A DNA stretch of 64,000 nucleotides from Candidatus Sumerlaeia bacterium (GTDB taxonomy: Bacteria > Sumerlaeota > Sumerlaeia > SLMS01 > JANRJK01), in the NCBI GenBank assembly GCA_033764015.1, contig JANRJK010000055.1:64001-128000 (forward strand), written 5' to 3'. The notes beneath the pieces are model-generated. The model searched no databases and had not been told where the DNA came from. It saw only the letters and a program-made list of their open reading frames with translations. Below are positions 29,647 through 38,530 of the stretch, piece after piece. How positions within the stretch are numbered: position 1 is the stretch's first letter; every line of letters begins with the position of its first letter. The position numbers and the translations under genes are program-made.

Positions 29647-30701
29647 TCATCATCCTCCAGGCCGCCATTTCGCCTCAGTACTTCATTCAGCCCATCGAAC
29701 ACGAGGTTCCCTTCATCGTCCTTTGCGTGCGTTACCACCTTGATCCCGATTTTTCTTAGGACCTTCAGCGTCTCCGGCTTCGCGCCGGTTGGCGCGACAA
29801 GGACGCGCACAGGATCGAACTCTTGACGGGCTCCGTGAAAGATGAGCTGGCCGATGGCCGTGTAGGAATCTTGAGTGTCGTTGGACCTCTTCACCTCGAA
29901 GAGTATCTTCGCGTCCCTCCCTCTTGCTGGGATGTAGAGGTCCCGTGGATCGTCATTCGCGACCATATGGCCCTGGCGTTCTAGTTCGGCCTTAAGGGCC
30001 TTGACGATCTTCGCATGATCATGGCGGATCACGAGATTCTTCGCTTTCCGGTGGAAGCTGCTGTCGCCCTCGAACTCTGGGGAGAAGTTCGGTGCCTGCG
30101 ATGTGCTAGTCGTCCTTGCGCGTTGCGGGACCCTGAAAAGCCTAAGCCCAGCGCCCGACTTGATGGCGTGGACAGTCCTAACGAGTGCGGCGAGTCGTTC
30201 CGCGAAGCCCACCTCGTTTAAGGCGCCGATCAGGATGACTTGTTCAGTGTCGTTCTTCTTCCTTGCCCAGTCGATCGTTACTAGATGTGGGCTCCACTGC
30301 TGCGCTTCCGAGACGATGGGCACGGTGGTTCCCTTTCCCTTGTTCGCCGTCGGTTTTCTCCCGACGTAGAAAGTCCCGTGATCGTCCGTGAAGTATCGTC
30401 CGTGTATCTGCCTCGATGGTTCCTTCTTGTAGACGTTCACTTCGAGGACGATATCCACTACTTTGTGTGGCTGCGGTTCGCCCTCTCCAAAGAGGGCGAA
30501 CCAGTCACCCTTGGAGCCCTGACGCCAGTCCTCACCGAAGGCAGTCCAGATCTTTAGATCAGCATGCCAGCGAACCTCGGGGACGGGAGAGCCATAGGGA
30601 CGAACCCCCGTGATCGCTACACCGCGCGAGGCGAACACACCCCTGAAAGCCTTGAAGCAATTCTTGATCTGCTTTGGGTCGGTGAGGGGCCGGTAAGTCA
30701 T
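29643..30701 (-). CDS. Putative restriction-like endonuclease with C-terminal PD-(D/E)XK domain
   Basis: HAKIVKAL..PRDLYI..LFEVK..YTAIGQL; lower GC. Confidence 0.65.
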   Translation of the reverse strand: MTYRPLTDPKQIKNCFKAFRGVFASRGVAITGVRPYGSPVPEVRWHADLKIWTAFGEDWRQGSKGDWFALFGEGEPQPHKVVDIVLEVNVYKKEPSRQIHGRYFTDDHGTFYVGRKPTANKGKGTTVPIVSEAQQWSPHLVTIDWARKKNDTEQVILIGALNEVGFAERLAALVRTVHAIKSGAGLRLFRVPQRARTTSTSQAPNFSPEFEGDSSFHRKAKNLVIRHDHAKIVKALKAELERQGHMVANDDPRDLYIPARGRDAKILFEVKRSNDTQDSYTAIGQLIFHGARQEFDPVRVLVAPTGAKPETLKVLRKIGIKVVTHAKDDEGNLVFDGLNEVLRRNGGLEDDE

Positions 30702-30703
30702 AT

Positions 30704-30847
30704 CTATGATCCTTTGGCGAGCGTCTGAAACGAGATGGCCAAGTGGCGGAATTCGGCCAAGATGGGGCGATACGGCAACGCGCGGGTATCGCGACGGAAG
30801 ACATACGAGACGACGTTCGTGTCGACGACGGCCAAGGCCCGTGTCAC
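30704..30847 (-). pseudogene. Truncated PIN-domain (VapC) toxin, 47 aa
   Basis: VVDTNVVSYVFRRDTRALPYRPIL..LAISFQTLAKGS*; GTG overlaps antitoxin TGA. Confidence 0.8.
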
Positions 30848-31050
30848 CGGCGAGCCTTGCCGCGGAGGGAGTTGAGGAACTCGTCAACGTCGTCTTCGCC
30901 TTCCCTCCAGTCGTCCGGGACCCGGGCCAACAAATCCTCCAAGGAGAACTTGGGCAGTCTCCGCCTGCCGGATAGCTCGACGGCTCTCCGCAGGATTTTC
31001 TCCTCGCGCTCTCTCTCCTGCACCGTCGGCGTGGGCAGCACCTGTTCCAT
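30844..31050 (-). CDS. Putative antitoxin
   Basis: 68 aa, FSLEDLLARVP..DVDEFL, AGGAGG RBS, coupled to PIN fragment. Confidence 0.65.
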   Translation of the reverse strand: MEQVLPTPTVQEREREEKILRRAVELSGRRRLPKFSLEDLLARVPDDWREGEDDVDEFLNSLRGKARR

Positions 31051-31077
31051 CGGTTACGACCTCCTGCTACCCCGAGA

Positions 31078-31104
31078 CTTGCAGGCCCGACGCCGCCCTG
31101 CAAG
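31078..31104. promoter_or_regulatory. Inverted repeat, candidate TA operator
   Basis: cttgcagg-N11-cctgcaag just upstream of antitoxin RBS. Confidence 0.4.
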
Positions 31105-31163
31105 CGCGTTCCGCGCGCCCACGCCTGCGCCATCAGGCGCCTGCTCGCTACGCCCGCCCCCCG

Positions 31164-32387
31164 TCAACGCCCCCGCCCCGCCGGCAGCCTGAGCACGAAC
31201 GCCGCGCCGCCGAGGGGGGACTCGCGGAGTTCCAGCGTGCCGCCGAGGTCGTCGGCGATTTTGCGGCAGATGTAGAGGCCGAGGCCCGAGCCGCCCTTGT
31301 CGTGGCGCGTGGTTTGGAATGCGTCGAAGAGCGTCGCGCGGAGCGCTTCCGGCACGCCGGGGCCGTCGTCCTCGACCGCGAGGCGGAGCGCGCCGTCCTC
31401 CGCGGCGATGGCGACGCGGACGCGGCCGCGACCCTCCATCGCCTGGTAGGCGTTGAGCAGCAGGTTGCCGACGAGCTGCACCAGGCGGTGCGCCGGGGCG
31501 AAGACGAGCGGCGACTCCTCCGGCGCGGCGATCTCGACCGCGGTGTCGCGCTGCTCGTACTTCACCAGGCGGCGCGCGCGTTCCACGCAGTCGCGCAGAT
31601 CGCACCATTCGGCCTCGTCGCCGCGCGCGCGGGCGAAGTCCTCCACCCCGAGGTCGCGCAGGATGCTGACGAAGAGGTCCGCCTGGCGCTGCACGTCCCG
31701 GAGCCACTCCGCGTCCGGCGCCACGATGCCGTCGAGCGCGTCCTGCGCCTCGTGGCGGATGTTGAGCACGGGCTTTCGCAGGTCGTGGAAGATGTTGGCG
31801 GAGAGCTGGCCCACGAGCGCGAGCCGTTCGAGGCGGACCACCTCGGCGCGGCGGGCCTCGAGTTCCGACTCGGTGAGCAGGAGCTGGCGCTCCTTGCCGC
31901 GCTGGCGCTGCGCGAGCACCGCGAGGCCCCCCGCGAGCGTCAGCAGCAGCAGCGCGATCACCGCGTCCACCGCGAGCGGCCCGGAGCGGTCCACGCGGAT
32001 GTAGAGGCGCCCCGCGGGCGGGTCGCCGACGTCGAAGCGGAGCCAGCGCGGGTCCGCGTCCCAGCCCGGTTCGCGGGCGTCCGCGTCGAAGGGCACCACC
32101 GTGGCCGCCTCGCCGCCGGGGAGGAGCTTGCGGACGCGCACCTCCTCGACCAGGTCGCCTGCGGCGATGGTGGCGGCGAGCGTTTCGAGTTCGGCGAAGC
32201 GCACCGCGCGCCCTTCCGGCCGGCCGAGGACGCCGGTGCGCGCGAAGAGGTCGCGTGCGTTCTCGAGCGCCTCGCGGCGCTGCTCCGCGACGCGCCCGCG
32301 GAGCCACACGAGCGTGCCGAGCGCGGCGGCGAGCAGCAGCAGCGTGAGCGCCAGCGGCCAGCGCGCCGGCGCGCGCGGGGCGCTCAC
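31164..32387 (-). CDS. Membrane sensor histidine kinase
   Basis: Two TMs, H-box FHDLRKP, NLLLNA, DDGPG, GSGLGL. Confidence 0.9.
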   Translation of the reverse strand: MSAPRAPARWPLALTLLLLAAALGTLVWLRGRVAEQRREALENARDLFARTGVLGRPEGRAVRFAELETLAATIAAGDLVEEVRVRKLLPGGEAATVVPFDADAREPGWDADPRWLRFDVGDPPAGRLYIRVDRSGPLAVDAVIALLLLTLAGGLAVLAQRQRGKERQLLLTESELEARRAEVVRLERLALVGQLSANIFHDLRKPVLNIRHEAQDALDGIVAPDAEWLRDVQRQADLFVSILRDLGVEDFARARGDEAEWCDLRDCVERARRLVKYEQRDTAVEIAAPEESPLVFAPAHRLVQLVGNLLLNAYQAMEGRGRVRVAIAAEDGALRLAVEDDGPGVPEALRATLFDAFQTTRHDKGGSGLGLYICRKIADDLGGTLELRESPLGGAAFVLRLPAGRGR

Positions 32388-33340
32388 GGCGCCGCGTCCT
32401 CCCGGGGCGCGGCGAACTCCTCGAGCAGCGCCGGCAGCCGCGCGTAGGCGTCGTCCGCCGCTTCCTGGTACTGCACGCCGCCGAAGCCGTCCTCGCGCGC
32501 GTGGTCGACCACCGCCGCGCGCAGCAGCCGCCCCAGCGGCGACACCTCCGGCGCCAGCGACGCCCGCAGCACCACCGGATCCGTCGGCACCGGCTCGGAC
32601 TCCGCCAGCACCGCGACGAAGCCCTGCGCGCGCCACTCGGCGCCAAGCACCGCGGGCAGCGCGCCGGACTCGCATACGCCCGCCGACGCCAACCCGGAGA
32701 CGACCGCCTTCACCACTTCCTCCGACGAGTCGAACCACACGAGGTCGAGGCGCCGGAGGTCGATGCCGTGCTCGCGCCGGAGCAGCAGCGCGGGCGCGAT
32801 GTGCCCTGCGAGGCTTTCCGTGGCGACGACGGCGACGGGGCCTTCCGCGAGCGCCTCCGCGACCGGGCGCTGCTCGCGGGCGATCACGGCGCCGCCGCGC
32901 AGGACGAGGCCGCCGCGCGGCGGGAAGATGTCGCTGTCGCGGCGCGCCTGCAGCGCCACGCGGTAGCCGGGGCGCTGCCGCGCGAGGATGCGCGCGGGGA
33001 CGAACGCCAGGTCGAACTCGCCCGCGTCGAGGCGGCGGAGCAGATCCTCCGCGCCGTCCGCGGGGAAGAGCCCGGCGCCCGAGAAGCCCGCGTCGGCCAG
33101 CGCCGCGCCGAGCGTGGCGTCCGACTCGATGCGGCGGCGCAGCGCCTCGAGCTCCGCGAGCGTCGGGGCGCCGTCCGGCGCCCCGCGGAGGAAGCCGACC
33201 CGGAGCGGTTCCGCCCGGGGGGCGGGCGCGCGTTGCGCCTGCGTCCACGTGGCGGCGGCGAGCAAGAGTGCCAGGATGAGCCAAATGCCGGGAGTTCGTC
33301 CCGCGCGGGCGGATCTCCGGAAAGTGTGCGGGGCTTCCAT
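32384..33340 (-). CDS. PhnD/SsuA-type periplasmic binding protein
   Basis: Hydrophobic signal, SLAGHIAP, EVVKAVVSG, SEPVPTDPVV. Confidence 0.65.
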   Translation of the reverse strand: MEAPHTFRRSARAGRTPGIWLILALLLAAATWTQAQRAPAPRAEPLRVGFLRGAPDGAPTLAELEALRRRIESDATLGAALADAGFSGAGLFPADGAEDLLRRLDAGEFDLAFVPARILARQRPGYRVALQARRDSDIFPPRGGLVLRGGAVIAREQRPVAEALAEGPVAVVATESLAGHIAPALLLRREHGIDLRRLDLVWFDSSEEVVKAVVSGLASAGVCESGALPAVLGAEWRAQGFVAVLAESEPVPTDPVVLRASLAPEVSPLGRLLRAAVVDHAREDGFGGVQYQEAADDAYARLPALLEEFAAPREDAAP

Positions 33341-33446
33341 GGGCTCAGGTTCTTCCGATTGGCGGTCCGCCGCAAGTGGCCCGATTTACGCATGGATTTC
33401 CGGCGCGGCGCCGCGCGGGGATTCTTCCTCGGCGAGCCTGTTTCCG

Positions 33447-33476
33447 TTGACCAGATGGCAAATCGGCGACTAATTC
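33447..33476 (+). promoter_or_regulatory. Possible sigma70 promoter for XPB operon
   Basis: TTGACC-N18-TAATTC. Confidence 0.3.
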
Positions 33477-33560
33477 TCCACGTGTGGTGACGCGGGCGGG
33501 GCCGCCCAAGAGCGGCGCCACCCCTGCGCAGGCCGCGCGAAAAGAGTTCCAGAGGCCCTC

Positions 33561-35279
33561 ATGAGTGGTTTCAACCCAGCGAATCCGGTGATTGTCCAGA
33601 GCGATCTGTCGGTGCTCCTCGAAACCGACAACGCCCTGTACGAGGAGGCCCGCGACGCGCTCGCCCGCTTCGCCGAACTGGAGAAGTCGCCGGACTACAT
33701 CCACACGTACCGGATCACGCCGCTGTCGCTCTGGAACGCCGCCGCCGCCGGCGAGTCCGCCGACGAGATCTGTTCGCTCCTCCTGCGCTACGCCAAGTAC
33801 CCGGTCCCCGAAGCCGTCCTCATCGAGGTGCGCGAGCAGGCCAGCCGCTACGGCCGCCTCAAGCTCGTCCGCGAAGGCGAGGACCTGGTGCTCCAGTCGA
33901 CGGACCGCGCCGCGATGCTGCAGGTCACGCGGCACAAGAAGGTGCAGCCCTACCTGGTCCGCCAGCTCGACCCGAACCGGTGGGTGGTCGATTCGAAGCA
34001 CCGCGGCCTGCTGAAGCAGGCGCTCATCAAGATCAAGTTTCCGGTCGAGGACCTCGCGGGCTACCTCGAGGGCGACCCGCTGCCGATGGAGCTGCGCGAG
34101 GAGACGGTCGGCGGGCGCGGCTTCGGCCTGCGCGAGTACCAGCGCGACGCAGCGGACATCTTCTACGCCGCGGGCAGCGCGCGCGGCGGCTCCGGCGTCC
34201 TCGTCCTCCCCTGCGGCGCCGGCAAGACCATCATCGGCATCGCCACCATGGCCCGCATCGGCCAGCGCACCCTGATCCTCACGACCAACATCACCTCGCT
34301 GCGCCAGTGGCGCGCCGAAATCCTCGACAAGACCACGCTCCGCCCGGACGAGGTCGGCGAGTACTCCGGCGAAATGAAGGAAATCAAGCCGGTCACCATC
34401 TCGACCTACCAGCTCATGACGTTCCGCAAGAAGAAGACGGACGAGTTCGCCCACATGGAGCTGTTCAACTCGGAGAACTGGGGCCTGATCGTGTACGACG
34501 AGGTGCACATGCTGCCGGCGCCGGTGTTCCGCACCGTGGCCGACATCCAGGCGCGCCGGCGCCTTGGCCTCACCGCCACGCTCGTGCGCGAGGACGGCCT
34601 CGCGGACGACGTCTTCTCGCTGATCGGCCCGAAGAAGTTCGACGTCCCTTGGCGGCAGCTCGAATCGCAGGGCTGGATCGCCACCGCGGAATGCGTCGAA
34701 ATGCGCGTGCCGCTCCCCTCCGCGATGAAGGTCGACTACGCCGTCGCCGACGCGCGCGAGCAGTTCCGCATCGCCTCCGAAAGCCCCGCCAAGGTCCCCG
34801 TGCTCCTTTCGCTGCTCGAACGCCACCGCGGCGACAGCGTGCTCATCATCGGCCAGTACCTGGACCAGCTCGAAATCGTCTCCCGCGAGGTCGGCGTGCC
34901 GATCATCACCGGGAAGACGCCGAACAAGGAGCGCGAGGAGCTTTACCGCAAGTTCAAGGCGAAGGAGATCAACACCCTCGTCGTATCAAAGGTGGCGAAC
35001 TTCGCGGTGGACCTGCCGGACGCGAACGTGGCGGTGCAGGTCGCCGGCACGTTCGGCTCGCGGCAGGAGGAGGCCCAGCGCCTCGGCCGCGTGCTGCGCC
35101 CGAAGGGCGCGGGACGGGCGAACATCGCCCACTTCTACTCGATCGTGACCCGCGATTCGGTCGAGCAGGAGTTCGCCGCGAAACGCCAGCGCTTCCTCGC
35201 GGAGCAGGGCTACTCCTACCGGATCGAGATCCTCGAAAGCGAAGACATGCAGGAGGCGGGCGAGCCCACGGGCCGCTGA
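33561..35279 (+). CDS. Bacterial XPB/Rad25/Ssl2 SF2 DNA helicase
   Basis: N-terminal IVQSD..FAELEKSP..YRITPLSLWNA, LPCGAGKT, DEVH, GLTATLVRED (RED motif), SRQEEAQRLGR. Confidence 0.93.
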   Translation: MSGFNPANPVIVQSDLSVLLETDNALYEEARDALARFAELEKSPDYIHTYRITPLSLWNAAAAGESADEICSLLLRYAKYPVPEAVLIEVREQASRYGRLKLVREGEDLVLQSTDRAAMLQVTRHKKVQPYLVRQLDPNRWVVDSKHRGLLKQALIKIKFPVEDLAGYLEGDPLPMELREETVGGRGFGLREYQRDAADIFYAAGSARGGSGVLVLPCGAGKTIIGIATMARIGQRTLILTTNITSLRQWRAEILDKTTLRPDEVGEYSGEMKEIKPVTISTYQLMTFRKKKTDEFAHMELFNSENWGLIVYDEVHMLPAPVFRTVADIQARRRLGLTATLVREDGLADDVFSLIGPKKFDVPWRQLESQGWIATAECVEMRVPLPSAMKVDYAVADAREQFRIASESPAKVPVLLSLLERHRGDSVLIIGQYLDQLEIVSREVGVPIITGKTPNKEREELYRKFKAKEINTLVVSKVANFAVDLPDANVAVQVAGTFGSRQEEAQRLGRVLRPKGAGRANIAHFYSIVTRDSVEQEFAAKRQRFLAEQGYSYRIEILESEDMQEAGEPTGR

Positions 35280-35299
35280 TCCGCCCTCCCAAGGAACCC

Positions 35300-38071
35300 A
35301 TGAAGCTCAAGAGCATCCTAAAGACACTGTCGGTCGAGTACCTCGATGGCATCCAGCACCACTGGGGCATCTCCCCGGCGGACCTGTCGGAAGCGCCCAC
35401 GGAGGACGCCAAGTGCGCCCTCCTGGTCGGCAACCTCTACCAGCGCATCCAGAACCGCCAGCTCTGGGAGCGCGCCACCGCGAGCCTCACGGACCGCGAG
35501 CGCGGCCTCGTCAACTTCCTCGCCATCCACGGCGGCGACCTCGACGCGGACGAGGTGACGCACCGCTACTTCGAGGGCGACGTGAAGGCGATGATCACCT
35601 CCGTCAAGAGCCTCGGTCGCCGCGGCATCGTCTTCTTCGACGACGTCCCCGGCGTGACCAAGAAGCTGCTCCTCGTCGGCATCCCCGAGCCGTTCCTCCG
35701 CTTCATCGAGCTCCCCAGCTACTGGGAGGGGTACCTCGGGAACTTCCTCAAGGAGTTCTCGACCAACGAGTTGAAGCACATCGCCACGCAGGGCCTCCGC
35801 CTCGAGGTGGAGGCGAACTGCAAGAACTACCTGATCTGGCTGCTGCGCCGCTCGCTGCTCGATCCGAAGTTCCTGCGCCGCTACCTAGAGCGGCTGCCCG
35901 ACGGCCCGCGCGAGATCTTCACGCTCCTCGAACAGCGCAAGGGCGCCTGCGTCTACCGCGACCTCCTCGAGCTGAACATCCAGCGCCAGTACGACCACCA
36001 GCGCGTCGACGCGCTCCAGTGGCTCCTCAACACCAGCGGGCTCGTCTTCACCGCGGTCGCCGGCGGGAACAAGTACAGCAACCTGCTGATGATCCCCCGC
36101 GACGTGTACTACATCATCGCGAACCACTTCAAAGCGGACGAGCGCACCTTCACGCAGCTCGACAGCGTCTCCGTCGTCACCAAGGAGGAGCGGCCCAACG
36201 TCGTCCTCGAGAACTCGAACACGCTGCTCCGCGACCTGGTGGCGCTCTGCAACTGGATCGACCGCCACCCGGTGAAGGTGCTCGCCACGGAAGGCATCGG
36301 GAAGAACGACCTGAAGAAGGTGATCCCGTTCCTCTCGCGGCTCAAGTCGGTCAAGTACGCCGAGTTCCTCTCCCTCTTCGCGATCCAGCGCAAGTTCCTG
36401 GTCTCCACCGGCAAGACCTACCGCGTTTCGCAGTCCTTCCTCGAATGGCTCAACGACGCGCAGGGCGCCTACCGCGAGCTGCTCGCCTGGTGGCTCACGA
36501 CGACGGACTGGAACGAGGAGTTCGTGGACGGCAACACGATCCACGTGGAGCCGAAGGCGACGGGCCTGGTGGGCATCGTGCCGCTGCGGCGGCTCGTGCT
36601 CGAGGTGCTCCGCGACATGCCGCGGGACCGTTGGCTCTCCTTCGACGCCTTCTGCGAGGAGGTGACGCCGAAGATCGCGCAGGCGATCCCCAAGCGCGGC
36701 GTCCCCTTCGTCTACGACAAGCACACGCGCAGCAACGAGCTGGTGGTCGAGTCGGTCGTCGCCGAATGCCTCCACTGGCTCGGGCTGGTCGCGGTCGGCC
36801 TGCAGGCGGAGGACGACGCGGAGATCATCGGCTCGCGCCGCGGCGACGGCAAGAAGCTCAAGGCGGCGGGCTCCGGCCGCGGACGCCCCCGCAAGCAGGC
36901 GGAACTCAAGTTCGCCTTCCGCTTCACCGACCTCGGACGCTTCGTCTTCGCCCGTCCCCTCGAGGAGTGGGGCCGCCTCTTCGACGCGCTCGACGAGAAC
37001 GAGCCGCAGCCGATGCGCTACGACGCGGAGCACTTCATCGTGCAGCAGACGCAGGAGATCGTCGTCCCGCCGGACGTGCGCCTCGGCGTGTTCTACCAGC
37101 TCAACGAAATCTGCGAAGTGCGCTCGCTCGACGTGATGTCGATCCTCGCCGTCACGCGCGAAAGCCTGCGCGCCGGCATGGACCGCGGCCTCACCGCCGA
37201 CGACATCCTGCGCTTCCTCGAAAAGGGCGCCCGCACGCCGCTGCCGCAGAGCATCTCGCTCCTCGTCAAGGAATGCGGCAACAAGCACGGCGAAGTGAAC
37301 ATGGGCTTCGCCGGCGGCTACCTCATCATCGACGACGCGCCGCTCCTCGCCCAGCTCCGCGCCAACAAGAAGCTCTCCGTCCACATCAAGGACGTGATCG
37401 ACGACCGCATCGTCATCCTCACGCAGGACACCGACATCCGGCGCCTCGGGCGCGAGCTGCAGAAGATCGGCTTCATGCCCCGCCTCGCCGCCGAACACGT
37501 CCACGTCTCCGACGAGGACACCTACCACCTGTCGCTCTCGCGCGAGGACATGTACTCGATGCTGGCCGCGGTGCGCTACGCGATGACGGTGGCGGACGAG
37601 AAGGGCCGCGCCGTCGCGGAGGAGCGCCTGGTGCCGCTGCTCGAGCGCCTGCGCCCCAACGTCCGCGCGTTCCAGGGCCTCACTGAACTCAGCGACACGC
37701 TCCTCAAGACGTGGCAGCGCGCCTCGCAGTCCGCGCAGGAAGCGCAGATGGCCGAGATCAAGGAGAAGTTCGCCGAGAGCCTCTCGCACCTCGTCACCAA
37801 CAACACCGCCAACCGCGCCCCCGCGCGCGCCGGATACCAGGGGCCGAACCCCGCCCGCGAACCGGACCGGATCCGCGAGATGCTCGACTACGCCATCGAG
37901 CACGAGCACGAGGTCGAGATCGAGTACATCAAGGCGAACCAGACCGAGGTGCGCGAGGTCGTCGCGCCGGAAACGCTCGAACAGGACCGCCTCCTCGCGC
38001 GCTGCCGCACCCGCAACGACGCCTTCTCGGTGTACAAGGTGGAGCGTATCGTCCGCGCGCGGCTGACCTGA
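35300..38071 (+). CDS. XPB-associated protein: helicase-associated (Helicase_C_3-like) domain plus C-terminal WYL-like domain
   Basis: FIVQQTQEIVVP..TRESLRAGMDRGLTADDILRFL..PLPQ; C-terminal AIEHEHEVEIEY..ARCRTR..YKVERI. Confidence 0.8.
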   Translation: MKLKSILKTLSVEYLDGIQHHWGISPADLSEAPTEDAKCALLVGNLYQRIQNRQLWERATASLTDRERGLVNFLAIHGGDLDADEVTHRYFEGDVKAMITSVKSLGRRGIVFFDDVPGVTKKLLLVGIPEPFLRFIELPSYWEGYLGNFLKEFSTNELKHIATQGLRLEVEANCKNYLIWLLRRSLLDPKFLRRYLERLPDGPREIFTLLEQRKGACVYRDLLELNIQRQYDHQRVDALQWLLNTSGLVFTAVAGGNKYSNLLMIPRDVYYIIANHFKADERTFTQLDSVSVVTKEERPNVVLENSNTLLRDLVALCNWIDRHPVKVLATEGIGKNDLKKVIPFLSRLKSVKYAEFLSLFAIQRKFLVSTGKTYRVSQSFLEWLNDAQGAYRELLAWWLTTTDWNEEFVDGNTIHVEPKATGLVGIVPLRRLVLEVLRDMPRDRWLSFDAFCEEVTPKIAQAIPKRGVPFVYDKHTRSNELVVESVVAECLHWLGLVAVGLQAEDDAEIIGSRRGDGKKLKAAGSGRGRPRKQAELKFAFRFTDLGRFVFARPLEEWGRLFDALDENEPQPMRYDAEHFIVQQTQEIVVPPDVRLGVFYQLNEICEVRSLDVMSILAVTRESLRAGMDRGLTADDILRFLEKGARTPLPQSISLLVKECGNKHGEVNMGFAGGYLIIDDAPLLAQLRANKKLSVHIKDVIDDRIVILTQDTDIRRLGRELQKIGFMPRLAAEHVHVSDEDTYHLSLSREDMYSMLAAVRYAMTVADEKGRAVAEERLVPLLERLRPNVRAFQGLTELSDTLLKTWQRASQSAQEAQMAEIKEKFAESLSHLVTNNTANRAPARAGYQGPNPAREPDRIREMLDYAIEHEHEVEIEYIKANQTEVREVVAPETLEQDRLLARCRTRNDAFSVYKVERIVRARLT

Positions 38072-38133
38072 GCGCGCCCGCCCGGGGGCTTTCCCCTTGC
38101 CGGTGTATGCCCCGTCGGCGCGCGGTGTCGCGC

Positions 38134-38520
38134 ATGGCCGCCAAGGACTCGACACCACCCTCCCAGACCTTCTTCGGACTCCTGTGGCGCATGGTCGTCG
38201 CGGGGTCGCTGGTGTTCGCGCTGGCGGCGGGGGGCGCGTACTTCGGCGTCGAGCGCATGATCCGCGCGCCGGAGGCGGACGCGCCGGACCTGCTCACGCT
38301 CGGGCTCGACGAGGCGCTCCGCGAGGCTTCCGCCCGCGGATTCCCGGTGCGCATCGAGGCGGAGGAGCCCACCGGCCTGCTCGCCTCGGGGCGTGTGCTT
38401 TCGCAGCGTCCGCTGCCGGGCGAGCGCGTGAAGGCGGGCGCCGTGGTCTACCTCACCGTCGCCGCGCCGCCGGCGCTCGGCGGGCTGGCCCGGGGCGGCG
38501 GCGCGTCGGAAGGGCGCTGA
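38134..38520 (+). CDS. Single-TM PASTA-domain protein
   Basis: APDLLTLGLDEA, GRVLSQRPLPGERVKAGAVVYLTV. Confidence 0.75.
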   Translation: MAAKDSTPPSQTFFGLLWRMVVAGSLVFALAAGGAYFGVERMIRAPEADAPDLLTLGLDEALREASARGFPVRIEAEEPTGLLASGRVLSQRPLPGERVKAGAVVYLTVAAPPALGGLARGGGASEGR

Positions 38521-38530
38521 GGCGCGGGGC

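Noticed and set aside
31158..31170. gcgttgacggggg found upstream of both TA modules (also 45018-45030)
   Set aside because: Here it includes the kinase TGA, distances to the antitoxin starts differ, and a similar string occurs at ~6367; likely chance
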